A DNA stretch of 64,000 nucleotides from Parcubacteria group bacterium (GTDB lineage: Bacteria > Patescibacteriota > Minisyncoccia > UBA6257 > JACRHW01). Shown here one piece after another: positions 18,131 through 27,966 of this stretch. The position numbers and the translations under genes were made by a program. The DNA lies in NCBI GenBank assembly GCA_016217555.1, contig JACRHW010000016.1, positions 8,845 to 72,844 on the forward strand, written 5' to 3'. How positions within the stretch are numbered: the first letter of the stretch is position 1; the number at the start of each line of letters is the position of its first letter. Below the pieces are notes generated by a model, which was given only the letters and a program-made list of their open reading frames with translations, ran no database searches and was not told the origin of the DNA.

Positions 18131-18709
18131 AAAAACGTTGTATTTTTGGGAAGGAGTGGCGCGGGTAAGGGAACTCAGTTAAAACTTCTCGAGACGTATC
18201 TCAACACACAAGGAAAGAAAACCATCTATGTTTCTATTGGTGAGCTTTTGCGTGCACTTGCAAAACAAGACACTTTTGCAGGAAGAAAAGTAAAAAGCAT
18301 TATTACCGAAGGAAAGCTTATCGACGAATGGGTTGCGGCTTATTTGTGGCAAAATGATATTATGACACGTCTTTTGGAAAATGATGCATTTTTATTTTTT
18401 GATGGTTCACCAAGGAAACTCCATGAGGCAGAGGCGCTTGATATGACCCTTGAATGGTTTGAACGCGAAAAAGAGATGGTAGCAATATTACTTGATGTGG
18501 GACACGAAGAGGTTTTTGGACGCCTCAAGGCGCGTGGAAGGGATGACGACACCGATCATGGCATTAAGAGTCGTCTCGATTGGTTTGAGACAGAGGTAAT
18601 GCCTGTAGTGCGTTACTACGAATCATCTGAGCGGCTTCTCACCGTAAGTGGGGAGGGCACCATAGAAGAGGTGCAGGCAAGGATCAGAACGGCGCTAGGA
18701 GTAGAATAA
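18122..18709 (+). CDS. adk: adenylate kinase
   Basis: 195 aa; P-loop GRSGAGKGTQ; follows secY as in the spc operon. Confidence 0.85.
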   Translation: MKFKNVVFLGRSGAGKGTQLKLLETYLNTQGKKTIYVSIGELLRALAKQDTFAGRKVKSIITEGKLIDEWVAAYLWQNDIMTRLLENDAFLFFDGSPRKLHEAEALDMTLEWFEREKEMVAILLDVGHEEVFGRLKARGRDDDTDHGIKSRLDWFETEVMPVVRYYESSERLLTVSGEGTIEEVQARIRTALGVE

Positions 18710-18737
18710 AGCCTGTGTAAACTCACAGGCTTTATTA
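18710..18737 (+). terminator. terminator-like hairpin after adk
   Basis: aagcctgtg taaact cacaggctt + tattaat. Confidence 0.5.
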
Positions 18738-18746
18738 ATAACAATT

Positions 18747-19511
18747 ATGACGGTTAGACTTAAAACAAAACAACAAATTAAAGATTTACGAGAAGGCGGA
18801 AAAAGACTTGCCTCTATTCTCAATACTCTCACAAAAGAAACCCATGAAGGTGTTTCTCTTTTGCATTTAGACCAGCTTGCTGAAAAACTTATTAAAAAAG
18901 TAGAGGGGAAACCAGCCTTTAAAGGCTATACTCCGAGTGCTGCCACAGAACCTTATCCAAATACACTCTGCACCTCTTTAAATAGTGTGGCGGTACATGA
19001 ACGCCCAACCTCTTACCGCCTCAAGGGGGGTGATGTACTAAGTATTGATATCGGAATGATCTATAAAAATCTTATTACCGACATGGCAGTAACTCTTGCC
19101 ATCGGCAACATACCCAAACACGCGCAAAAACTTATTACCACAGCGCAAGAGGCACTTGATGAAGCCATTCGCATTTCAATACCAAACAATACTATCGGAG
19201 ACATAGGAAATACTGTTCAAACACACGTACACAAAGCGGGTTTTAAAGTACTTAGGGAACTTACGGGACACGGAGTAGGTTTTGCACTTCACGAGGACCC
19301 TTATGTTTATAATTTTGGAAAACCGCATGCGGGACTTGTGTTAGAACCAGGGCTAGTAATTGCCATCGAACCTATTATTTCAGAAAGTACTGAATATATC
19401 ATTCAACGCCACGATGAGAGTTTCGCCACCGCAGACAATAGCCTTGCGGCACACTTCGAGCACTCAATAGCAATAACAGAAAATGGTCCCCTTGTTCTCA
19501 CTGTACTATGA
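18747..19511 (+). CDS. map: methionine aminopeptidase type I
   Basis: 254 aa; pita-bread fold motifs ...GHGVG...HE.P...; follows adk. Confidence 0.9.
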   Translation: MTVRLKTKQQIKDLREGGKRLASILNTLTKETHEGVSLLHLDQLAEKLIKKVEGKPAFKGYTPSAATEPYPNTLCTSLNSVAVHERPTSYRLKGGDVLSIDIGMIYKNLITDMAVTLAIGNIPKHAQKLITTAQEALDEAIRISIPNNTIGDIGNTVQTHVHKAGFKVLRELTGHGVGFALHEDPYVYNFGKPHAGLVLEPGLVIAIEPIISESTEYIIQRHDESFATADNSLAAHFEHSIAITENGPLVLTVL

Positions 19512-19897
19512 TTTTAGGCATTGATTATGGAACAAAAAAAATTGGCTTAGCTTTAGGAGACGAGGAGACAAACATCGCTATGCCTTGGCGTATAGTAGAA
19601 AATAAGTCACGGGTGCAGATATTAGAAGAACTAAAAAAAGTAATTTTAGATTATAACATCACGTGCATTGTGGTGGGAGAACCACTCTCCTCCACATCCG
19701 AACGAACTCCTCAGACAGAGATTACAGCAAAATTCATTGCATTTCTAGAAAAAAATATCTCCCTTCCCATCAAAGTCCAGAATGAATTTTTTACCACAAA
19801 AGAAGCACGTATAATCATGCATGAAACAGGACAAAAAAAACACACCATCGATGCCCATGCCGCAACCATCATCCTTCAATCCTATTTAGATAAGTAG
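19508..19897 (+). CDS. ruvX: YqgF/RuvC-like putative Holliday-junction resolvase / pre-16S rRNA nuclease
   Basis: 129 aa; N-terminal LGIDYGTKKIGLALGD signature. Confidence 0.8.
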   Translation: MILGIDYGTKKIGLALGDEETNIAMPWRIVENKSRVQILEELKKVILDYNITCIVVGEPLSSTSERTPQTEITAKFIAFLEKNISLPIKVQNEFFTTKEARIIMHETGQKKHTIDAHAATIILQSYLDK

Positions 19898-19920
19898 TAT
19901 AATACTAATGATGAATCCCG

Positions 19921-19943
19921 TTAGAAGTCGCGATCGCTTATGC
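19921..19943 (+). repeat. degenerate fragment resembling the TIR of the 18006/20013 element
   Basis: atcccgttagaagtcgcgatcgc shares cccgttagaa with the TIR; gatcgcgatc recurs just before the full copy. Confidence 0.35.
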
Positions 19944-20012
19944 CTACCGGGATTAAAGTAAACGAGTATTAATTATATAATAAGTAGTTTGTGATTCTCG
20001 GATCGCGATCTA

Positions 20013-20139
20013 CCCCGTTAGAAATTGCAACATTTACAAAATATATTCATTGCTATGTTTTATAAAAAGTTGTTTGTCATTAATACTACAGGAAACTCCA
20101 ATTTCTAACGGGGTCTACTTCTAAACGGGATGAAATTCT
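20013..20139 (+). repeat. ~100-bp TIR element, copy 2, running into the pgk start codon
   Basis: ccccgttagaaattg...caatttctaacgggg then tctacttctaaacgggATGAAATT; ~97 percent identical to copy 1. Confidence 0.85.
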
Positions 20140-21287
20140 TACGAGAATATACAAGAAAAGAACTTGATGGGAAACAGGTGCTGTTGCGTGTGGATTATAA
20201 TGTGGCATTTGTTGAGCGAAACGGGAAAAAGGTTATCTCTGATGATTATCGTATTACATCGAGCTTTGCATCTATCGACTATCTTTTGGCAAACAATGCG
20301 AAGATCATTGTTCTTGCGCACTTTGGAGACCCAAAAGGCGTTGACCCCATTCTTACACTTCAACCCATCTCTGAACGTCTTAAAGATAGGTATGCTGATC
20401 TTGAATTTGCAAAGACATTTGAAGAAGTTTCCCAAAAAAGCAAAGAAAATAAACATCTTATTCTTCTTGAAAATATACGCTTTTTTGAAGGAGAAAAGGA
20501 GAATAGTAATGAATTTGCAACAAAGCTGGCATCTCTTGGATCACTCTATATAAACGATGCCTTTGCAGTAAGCCATCGCCCGAACGCTTCAGTAGTAGCA
20601 ATTACAAAGCATCTTCCTAGTATTGTGGGTATGCAAATGGAAAAGGAACTTACAAACCTTGATAAGATCCTTACTAATGTTACGCATCCCTTTGTTTGTA
20701 TCGTGGGTGGTGCAAAAATAGGCACGAAAGTACCCCTTATAAATAATCTTCTTTCTCGTGCGGATACTGTTCTTGTAGGAAGCGGTATCGCTTGTCCACT
20801 GCTTCGTGCTCAAGGCTACGCAACAGGAAAGACAATTTATGAGGCGGTAGAAAAAAAAGAACTTACCATGTTGTTTGAATCACATAAAATTCTCCTTCCC
20901 CAAGATGTGGTACTTGAAACAGACAAGGGACCCACTCCAATAAAAATATCGGATCTCAATACTATTTCTAACCAAGAGTATGTTATTCTTGATGTGGGAG
21001 AGGAAACAATAAAAGAATATACAAAGTATATAGCAGGGGCGGGGATAATTGTTTGGAATGGACCTCTAGGCCTCTTCGAAAACCCAGATTTTAAAAAAGG
21101 CTCTGAAGCAATAGCACACGCAATTGCAAACTCAAGTGCCTTCAAAGTAGTTGGAGGAGGGGAAACAGTATCACTTGTCCATGGCCTTGGTCTTGCAGAT
21201 AAATTTGATTTTGTTTCAACAGGTGGTGGCGCCATGATTTCCTACCTAAGCGGCGAGAAGCTCCCTGGAATCGAAGCGCTAAAATAA
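20130..21287 (+). CDS. pgk: phosphoglycerate kinase
   Basis: 385 aa; ...VDYNV.....I.DD.RI......I...........ILL.H.GRP...; C-terminal GGGA... Confidence 0.9.
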   Translation: MKFLREYTRKELDGKQVLLRVDYNVAFVERNGKKVISDDYRITSSFASIDYLLANNAKIIVLAHFGDPKGVDPILTLQPISERLKDRYADLEFAKTFEEVSQKSKENKHLILLENIRFFEGEKENSNEFATKLASLGSLYINDAFAVSHRPNASVVAITKHLPSIVGMQMEKELTNLDKILTNVTHPFVCIVGGAKIGTKVPLINNLLSRADTVLVGSGIACPLLRAQGYATGKTIYEAVEKKELTMLFESHKILLPQDVVLETDKGPTPIKISDLNTISNQEYVILDVGEETIKEYTKYIAGAGIIVWNGPLGLFENPDFKKGSEAIAHAIANSSAFKVVGGGETVSLVHGLGLADKFDFVSTGGGAMISYLSGEKLPGIEALK

Positions 21288-21325
21288 AAACAACTTTTAA
21301 ATTACAAAACATCTCTTCCTCACAC

Positions 21326-21351
21326 GTGAAAATACCCAGCGGTATTTTCAC
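21326..21351 (+). terminator. hairpin after pgk (no U-tract)
   Basis: gtgaaaatac ccagcg gtattttcac (10-bp stem). Confidence 0.3.
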
Positions 21352-21369
21352 TCTCTCCACAAGCGCTTC

Positions 21370-21407
21370 GTTGTCAATTCAATTCATTATCATTCAGAAT
21401 TGACAAC
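21370..21407. repeat. GTTGTCAA...TTGACAAC hairpin (second instance at 31483-31520)
   Basis: gttgtcaattc aattcattatcattca gaattgacaac. Confidence 0.5.
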
Positions 21408-21780
21408 ACCCTGCTTCGCGTCTGCGGAATGGTTCGGAAGGAATATTTTGTGATTTAAATTATATAAATAAAAAAGTCACACTTCGTGCGACCAATAAAA
21501 ATCATATATTATTCAATTGTCATTTTGGAACTTATTACTAAGAAGAAACCATGAAAGTAAGATTTGTATAAGCATACCACATACGAGAAACACATTAATT
21601 GTTTCCATTTGGTAGATACCAAATATTATAAGACAAGAACCCAAAAAATAGACTAACCACAAACGAATTATTGACACCATCACACACCTCCTTTCTCAAC
21701 CGAGATTTCAATTTAATAATAGCGTAAACAAAAATTTTAGTCAAGTATACGTTCAAAAAACATTATAATAAAATTTTTTT

Positions 21781-21879
21781 GTCATCCTGAGCGCAGCGAA
21801 GGATCTCTCGCCATTAGCTAATTCTTGAGATTCTTCTCCCTCGATCCGCCAGCCGGCGGACACTCGGGATCAGAATGAC
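21781..21879. repeat. long-range inverted repeat of the GTCATCCTGAG / CGGGAATCC palindrome family
   Basis: gtcatcctgagcgcagcgaaggatc ... ccgccagccggcgg ... cgggatcagaatgac; related motifs at 43232, 52113, 56651 and 63641. Confidence 0.5.
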
Positions 21880-21897
21880 GGAAGATCAAAATACTCT

Positions 21898-22323
21898 ATG
21901 AATATAGTTATACATACAGATGGAGGTTCGCGAGGAAATCCAGGACCATCGGCCTTGGGGGCGGTTATTGATATTGATGGAAAAAGGCATGAGTATGGTG
22001 AGTTTTTGGGGGTGGGAACAAACAATGAGGCAGAATATGCTGCGGTTGTTTTTGCACTAGGGAAAGCAAAACAACTTGTAGGGAAAGAGAAGGCCAAGCA
22101 CGAAGAAGTGCAAGTCAATATGGATTCAGAGCTCATATGTCGTCAGATGAATCACGAATACAAAATCTCGATAGATCGCATGAAGATGCTCTTTATAGAC
22201 GTCTGGAACCTCACGCTCGATTTTAAAAAAGTAACCTTTCATCACATTCCAAGGGAACAAAACAAAGCAGCAGACGCAATGGTCAACGAAGCTCTTGATA
22301 AACAACGAAACACCCTTTTCTAA
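21898..22323 (+). CDS. rnhA: ribonuclease HI
   Basis: 141 aa; IHTDGGSRGNPGPSA..G.V...; DEDD residues. Confidence 0.88.
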   Translation: MNIVIHTDGGSRGNPGPSALGAVIDIDGKRHEYGEFLGVGTNNEAEYAAVVFALGKAKQLVGKEKAKHEEVQVNMDSELICRQMNHEYKISIDRMKMLFIDVWNLTLDFKKVTFHHIPREQNKAADAMVNEALDKQRNTLF

Positions 22324-22404
22324 AACTAAATTTTTATCAAAAATCTGACGATCGTCAGGTGTTTGATAACTTGACAAACATTACAAAAAGAGTATAGTGC
22401 GGAT

Positions 22405-22832
22405 ATCTTTATGTGGGCAATTGCGATTCAATACAATGTTGAGTCGAGGAAAGTCCGGACTCTCATTTTCGATATTTTGTCGAAATAACAGTAGTGGGTA
22501 ATACCCACCAATCTAACATCACGTTGGATCAGAGGTGCGAACAGAGACGTCGCAATCGAAAGAAAGCGACATCCTTTAGTGGGATGAGCCTGTGTGGTAA
22601 CACATAGGGTGCAACGGCTAAATCCTTACTGAGTGCAAGGTCGTGCCCCGCCCCCTAAGCGCATTGTTATCTATGTAAATCATATTCCTATTTTAAAATA
22701 TTTTTTACGATATAATTAAAACAATATGCATAGGGGGCGGGGAGTGCCGCTTATGATCCTACGAGTAATCGTAGGGCTAGATAAATAATTGTCACCACAT
22801 TGGTACAAAATCCGGCTTATAGCATAAAGAAC
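22405..22832 (+). ncRNA. rnpB: RNase P RNA (bacterial type A-like), with a long P12-type hairpin
   Basis: Universal P4 motifs gaggaaagtccggactc (5' strand) and acaaaatccggcttat (3' strand); agggtgcaacggctaa P10/11-like; terminal helix tctttatg/cataaaga; extended hairpin ccccgccccctaagcgca...atgcatagggggcgggg at 22646-22742. Confidence 0.75.
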
Positions 22833-22866
22833 AAAAACACTGTCATCACTGACGGTGTTTTTGTTC
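22833..22866 (+). terminator. terminator after rnpB
   Basis: acaaaaacac tgtcatcactgacg gtgtttttgtt. Confidence 0.5.
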
Positions 22867-22910
22867 GTACGTCAATTGTTTTGTGGTGATAAACACACTA
22901 AAATGGAAGA

Positions 22911-23513
22911 ATGTATCCTCGACTTCTCAAACGTTCACTCGATATTATCGGAGCATGTATCGGCCTTACCTGTATTGCGCCTCTTTGGCCGTGTATTGCA
23001 GCCATTATTCAATTGGAAAGCAAGGGGCCTTCTCTTGTGAAAATAAAAAGAATAAGCGGAGGAAAACCATTTCTTATCTATAAGTTTAGGACAATGGTTC
23101 ACAATGCGCATGAAATGAGAAAGGATTTGCTTCATCTCAATGAACGAAGTGATGGACCCTTTTTTAAAATGGCAAACGATCCACGGCTTACGAAGACAGG
23201 AAAGATATTAAGAAAGTTTCGTATTGATGAATTTCCACAACTTATCAATGTGCTTCGTGGCGAACTTACCCTTGTTGGTCCAAGAGCCCATGAACCAGAG
23301 GAGATTGAACACTATCCAGAAGAATTTAAACATATTGTCCTCGCAAAAGCAGGGGTTACTGGCCTTTCTCAAGTTAATGGTGCCTCGGGGCTTCCTTTCC
23401 TCGAGGAACTAAAACTCGACAGCCAATATCTCACTCACCAATCATTTACTACTGATCTTAAAATTATAGGGAAGACCGTAAAAATAATATTTACAGATCC
23501 AAACGCCGTATAA
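22911..23513 (+). CDS. polyprenyl-phosphate sugar phosphotransferase (bacterial sugar transferase, PglC/WbaP C-terminal-like)
   Basis: 200 aa; one N-terminal TM; KFRTM...DEFPQLINVLRGELTLVGPR signature. Confidence 0.85.
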   Translation: MYPRLLKRSLDIIGACIGLTCIAPLWPCIAAIIQLESKGPSLVKIKRISGGKPFLIYKFRTMVHNAHEMRKDLLHLNERSDGPFFKMANDPRLTKTGKILRKFRIDEFPQLINVLRGELTLVGPRAHEPEEIEHYPEEFKHIVLAKAGVTGLSQVNGASGLPFLEELKLDSQYLTHQSFTTDLKIIGKTVKIIFTDPNAV

Positions 23514-23520
23514 TGACTAT

Positions 23521-24621
23521 ATGAAAATCGCCATTCTTCATGACTATCTGAACCAACTTGGGGGAGGCGAACGTGTGCTTGAAGAACTTATTACCTTATT
23601 TCCAAATGCACCTGTGTATACACTTTTCTATGATGAAGCTTTGACACAAAAACGATTTAGTGAGACGACTGTTCATACCTCCTTTCTTCAACATGTTCCT
23701 GGTGTAGCTCGCCACCATCATGTGGCTATCCCCCTCATGCCCCTTGCGGCACAAAGCATCCACATACGTAACGTAGATGTTGTTTTTTCAGATTCGAGTG
23801 GATATGCAAAGGGGATTACTGTTGATCCTAGTGTTCTTCATATTAATTATTGCTATACCCCCCTTCGCTATGCATGGGAGGAGAAATATCTTACCACCCA
23901 CGCAATTTTTAAACACTTGCGTCATGGAATTAAACCAATTCTTTCCCACCTGCGCACGTGGGATCACTATACGGCAACCTTACCTCACGAGATGTATGCC
24001 GTCTCGAAACACATCGCTAAAAAGATAAAACTTCATTATGATAGGAAAGTAGAGGTGCTCTATCCTCCTGCACGTACTGATTTTTTTTATCCTACACAAA
24101 AAAAGGAAAATTTTTATCTTGCTGTTGGCAGAATGCTTCATTACAAACGTTTTGATCTCATTATTTCGGCATTTAACACCCTGGGACTTCCCTTAAAAAT
24201 AATCGGCTCTGGACCCGAACATAAACGTCTTAAGGCCATGGCACATACCAATATAGAATTTCTTGATAGGGTATCAGACGAGGTGCTTCGCGATTATTAC
24301 TCTGCTGCTCGTGCCCTTATATTTCCCCAACAAGAAGATTTTGGACTTGTCGCCGTCGAGGCTTTAAGCTGTGATACCCCTGTTATTGCATTTAAACACG
24401 GGGGTGGACCAGAAGAGATCATTGAAGAGGGTAAAAATGGCCTTTTCTTCGAAGAACAAACAAAAGAATCCCTCATCACAACAATTCGTAAATTTGAAAA
24501 TAGTCATTTTGGAAAAGAAGCCTGCCGTACTTCAGCACTTCGATTTTCCCCAGAAAAATTCAGAGAAAAAGTACAACGCATCATACGAGAAGCAACAAAA
24601 CGGTTTTATAACAATATATAA
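23521..24621 (+). CDS. glycosyltransferase family 4 (GT-B)
   Basis: 366 aa; C-terminal ...G.V..EA...G.PVIA...GG..E.I..G.NG... motif. Confidence 0.8.
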   Translation: MKIAILHDYLNQLGGGERVLEELITLFPNAPVYTLFYDEALTQKRFSETTVHTSFLQHVPGVARHHHVAIPLMPLAAQSIHIRNVDVVFSDSSGYAKGITVDPSVLHINYCYTPLRYAWEEKYLTTHAIFKHLRHGIKPILSHLRTWDHYTATLPHEMYAVSKHIAKKIKLHYDRKVEVLYPPARTDFFYPTQKKENFYLAVGRMLHYKRFDLIISAFNTLGLPLKIIGSGPEHKRLKAMAHTNIEFLDRVSDEVLRDYYSAARALIFPQQEDFGLVAVEALSCDTPVIAFKHGGGPEEIIEEGKNGLFFEEQTKESLITTIRKFENSHFGKEACRTSALRFSPEKFREKVQRIIREATKRFYNNI

Positions 24622-24658
24622 TTTTTCATTTTGAGATTTACATTTTAAATTTATTATC

Positions 24659-25771
24659 ATGTGCATAGGTTTTGATATACGAGTACTCTCAACGGGTAGG
24701 ATTACTGGGGTAGAGGAGTATACCCTAGAACTTGCAAAACATCTTTTGGCGGTTGATACAAAGAATGTATATTCTTTTTATTACAATGGATTATCGCCTC
24801 TCTTAAATCCTTATTTTAAAGACAAAAACGTAATATACGGAAAAACACCAAATAAACTCCTCGACCTTTCTTTCAAATTTCTCTCTCGCCCCTACATTGA
24901 CGAACGCATACAATGTAAGCTTTTTTTTAGTCCGCATTTCCTTCTCACCCCTCTCAAATCAGCACAAAGAATTCTCACCGTACACGATCTTTCATTCATA
25001 CGATTTCCCGAGTTTTTTTCTCTCAAACATCGTTTTTGGTTGAACGTTATGGAGATCAAAAAACAAATCAAAAAAGCAGAGCGCATCGTTGTCCCCTCCG
25101 ATTGCACAAAAAATGATCTTATTACCCTTCTCGATGTTCCCGAAAAAAAGATAGAACGGATTTACCATGGTATCAATCCTATTTTTGGACAACGTTATTC
25201 TGAAGAAGAATTGTCAGAATTTAAAATTACCCACGGACTTCCAAAGCAGTATGTTCTTTACCTTGGAACGATTGAACCAAGAAAAAATATTACAACCCTC
25301 ATTAAAGCCTTCGAATTGTTATGTGATGACTTGCCCAACGTCTCACTTGTGCTTGCGGGGAATTTGGGATGGCTGTTTGAACAATGTCTCCACACCATTG
25401 ATACGTCAAAATACAAAAACAGGATTATCCTCACTCGCGTATCCTCAGAAGATCGCCCAAAACTATATCAGGCGGCAGAGGTGTTTGTATATCCAAGTTT
25501 TTTTGAAGGATTTGGATTTCAACCCCTTGAAGCGCAGTATTCTCATATACCCGTTATTGCATCAAATCGCTCCTCGCTTCCAGAAACGCTAGGAGACTCG
25601 GCACTTCTCGTTGATCCCTACAATAGACTCGATCTTGCAGAGGCGATACGGACTGTTCTTACAGAAGAGAAGGTGAGGACTAATTTGATTAGAAAGGGAA
25701 GAGAAAATGCGGTACAATTCAATTGGGGTAGTGCGGCGAGACACTACGCGAAGCTCTTTAATTCGCTTTAG
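24659..25771 (+). CDS. glycosyltransferase family 4 (GT-B)
   Basis: 370 aa; ...EGFGFQPLEAQYSHIPVIASNRSSLPE... EX7E-type motif. Confidence 0.8.
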   Translation: MCIGFDIRVLSTGRITGVEEYTLELAKHLLAVDTKNVYSFYYNGLSPLLNPYFKDKNVIYGKTPNKLLDLSFKFLSRPYIDERIQCKLFFSPHFLLTPLKSAQRILTVHDLSFIRFPEFFSLKHRFWLNVMEIKKQIKKAERIVVPSDCTKNDLITLLDVPEKKIERIYHGINPIFGQRYSEEELSEFKITHGLPKQYVLYLGTIEPRKNITTLIKAFELLCDDLPNVSLVLAGNLGWLFEQCLHTIDTSKYKNRIILTRVSSEDRPKLYQAAEVFVYPSFFEGFGFQPLEAQYSHIPVIASNRSSLPETLGDSALLVDPYNRLDLAEAIRTVLTEEKVRTNLIRKGRENAVQFNWGSAARHYAKLFNSL

Positions 25772-25835
25772 GTATCCTACTCTTTTCGTGTCTAAAAAAA
25801 GTTTTATTCTAAAACTACTTTTTGATGTGAGACCC

Positions 25836-27962
25836 ATGAAAAATGGGTTTTTAGATTCTGTATGGATGAATACACTGACCTCTACCGTGAATCTCGCCCC
25901 ACCAAAAACGAAAGGATTTGAAATTGATTATGTTGTAAATCCTACTCAGGATGTTTTTCGAAAATATGTGGGGCCACGTACTCTTTTCAAAACAAAGGAT
26001 CACTCGAAAAGAATTTATATCAATCGTCCGCCTTTTCTTTTTAAAAATATCTTGCGGAAAAGCGCGATTGGACTTGCTTGTGTAATAATTTTTTGTGCCA
26101 TCCTTTTTAAGGTATTTATTTTTGATAACTACAGCCACCTACAATCTTTAGGTAAGGAGGTGTACCACAACATAGGGGAGGGAATTGCTAGTTTCAAAAA
26201 TCTTAATTTTTCAGAGGGAAAAGAACGACTTAAAAATGCCCAATCATCCCTTTCGATGCTTGAGACAACAATAGATAAGGCATCGCTCTTTAAAATAATG
26301 TATGCGCCACCTTTTACACTTACAAAAAACCTTGATATATTATTGTCCTCCTCGCTCGATGTAGCAAACGATGTAGAAAAGATGACTAATCAGGGCCTCT
26401 CTGATGTATTTGGACGCGGGATAGACCTTGCTAAGGTAAAAACTATTGATAAAAAAATAGAAATAATATCTCGCACAACTCCAAAAGTTATAGGAAGTCT
26501 AGCTGACCTATCTTTATTACCAGGTATGGGGCAGTGGTCTTCTGCGCTAAAAAATCAATATTTTTCAATACAAAATGAACTCAACGATAGCCGAAACTAC
26601 TTGGCAGATCTTACAAATGCTCTTGGAGGAGACGGTATCCCAAAACACTATTTAATTATCTTCCAAAACCCCTCTGAGATACGCGCAACGGGTGGCTTCT
26701 GGGGAAGCTACATGCTTCTTGAGGTGACCAGGGGAAAGATCGCTTCGATGGATATTAGGAATATCTATGATCTTGATGGACAACTCCCAAAAGTTATTAG
26801 CCCTCCGAAACAGCTTCTCCGTATCACTCCACGCTGGGGAACACGAGATGCAAATTGGTTTTTTGATTTTATGACCTCGGCAACGAAGGGAAAAGAGTTT
26901 TTTGAGCAATCACGTCTTATTTCTGAAAAAAATATTAAAGTAGATGTAATCCTAGGAGTAAATACGACATTTGTTGAAGAACTTTTAAAACTTACGGGGC
27001 CTATTCCTATGCCAGAATATGGTATCGACATTACCAATGAAAATTTTGTAGAAAAGGTACAATACGCAATCGAATATGGATCGGACAGATCACATTTTGG
27101 AGATCCAAAAAGGATCCTCAAGATATTTATTCCACGATTTTTAGATACAATAAGCGCCACAGAGGATAAGAAAGCTATTGTTACCATCATAAAATCCATG
27201 TTCAATAATAAGGATATGCAAGTTGCCATTTTTAATCCTGCTCTTTCTCACATCGCTGAGATAGTACACTCTCTCGGATATGATGGGCACGTCATCGAAA
27301 CAAGCGCCCTGGAAGATTATCTCGCTTTTGTGAATTCTAATGTTGCGGGGGGAAAAAGCGATTACGTTATGACACAAAAAATTAACGCTCGACTTGTCAT
27401 TAAAGATGATGGAATCGTTGAACACAATCTTACGGTCACCAGAGAACACACGGGGGAAAAAGCATCATTTGCTCTGTGGCGAAGCACCAATAAGGATTAT
27501 ATAAGAACATATGTCCCATTGGGTGCAGAGCTTATCCATACAAAGGGTACTACGTGGGCAAATTATCCTAATAAAAATAAAAAGGCAACGGATGATCCGC
27601 TTCTCGCCTCAATCGAAACACAATCAAAAATTGCTGATGGCGTTTCTGGTATCGAAGAATATCCCGCAGAAGGAAAAAAGGTTTTTGGGGGTTGGTTTAA
27701 CACCCCTCTAGGGCAACAGCACCAATTTTCCCTTCAATATAAAACAAAATTCCTTGCCTCCTATGAATATCCGGCAGAGGGGGCAGTATATCGATTTATC
27801 TTTCAAAAACAGTCGGGGATTATTAGTGACGTAGAAATTGCCATTCAGGCACCAGAAGGGTATATGTTCAAAGAAACTGCAGGAGAAAAATTTAATGTTC
27901 ATTTTACCTCCGATCCAAAATCATACGAAATAAAACTAACCATTATTCCTAAGACAGAATAA
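25836..27962 (+). CDS. large membrane-anchored extracytoplasmic protein, possibly DUF4012-like
   Basis: ~708 aa from ATG at 25836 (track ORF from 25707 overlaps the upstream gene); single TM then soluble domain with ...IRATGGFWGSYMLLEV...; DUF4012 assignment is from memory; sits in the glycan cluster. Confidence 0.5.
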   Translation: MKNGFLDSVWMNTLTSTVNLAPPKTKGFEIDYVVNPTQDVFRKYVGPRTLFKTKDHSKRIYINRPPFLFKNILRKSAIGLACVIIFCAILFKVFIFDNYSHLQSLGKEVYHNIGEGIASFKNLNFSEGKERLKNAQSSLSMLETTIDKASLFKIMYAPPFTLTKNLDILLSSSLDVANDVEKMTNQGLSDVFGRGIDLAKVKTIDKKIEIISRTTPKVIGSLADLSLLPGMGQWSSALKNQYFSIQNELNDSRNYLADLTNALGGDGIPKHYLIIFQNPSEIRATGGFWGSYMLLEVTRGKIASMDIRNIYDLDGQLPKVISPPKQLLRITPRWGTRDANWFFDFMTSATKGKEFFEQSRLISEKNIKVDVILGVNTTFVEELLKLTGPIPMPEYGIDITNENFVEKVQYAIEYGSDRSHFGDPKRILKIFIPRFLDTISATEDKKAIVTIIKSMFNNKDMQVAIFNPALSHIAEIVHSLGYDGHVIETSALEDYLAFVNSNVAGGKSDYVMTQKINARLVIKDDGIVEHNLTVTREHTGEKASFALWRSTNKDYIRTYVPLGAELIHTKGTTWANYPNKNKKATDDPLLASIETQSKIADGVSGIEEYPAEGKKVFGGWFNTPLGQQHQFSLQYKTKFLASYEYPAEGAVYRFIFQKQSGIISDVEIAIQAPEGYMFKETAGEKFNVHFTSDPKSYEIKLTIIPKTE

Positions 27963-27966
27963 CAAC

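Noticed and set aside
20139-21235. Several ORFs overlapping pgk on both strands (20139-20456 -, 20164-20553 +, 20837-21235 -)
   Set aside because: pgk on the + strand has full-length family homology; the overlapping frames lack start context and homology.
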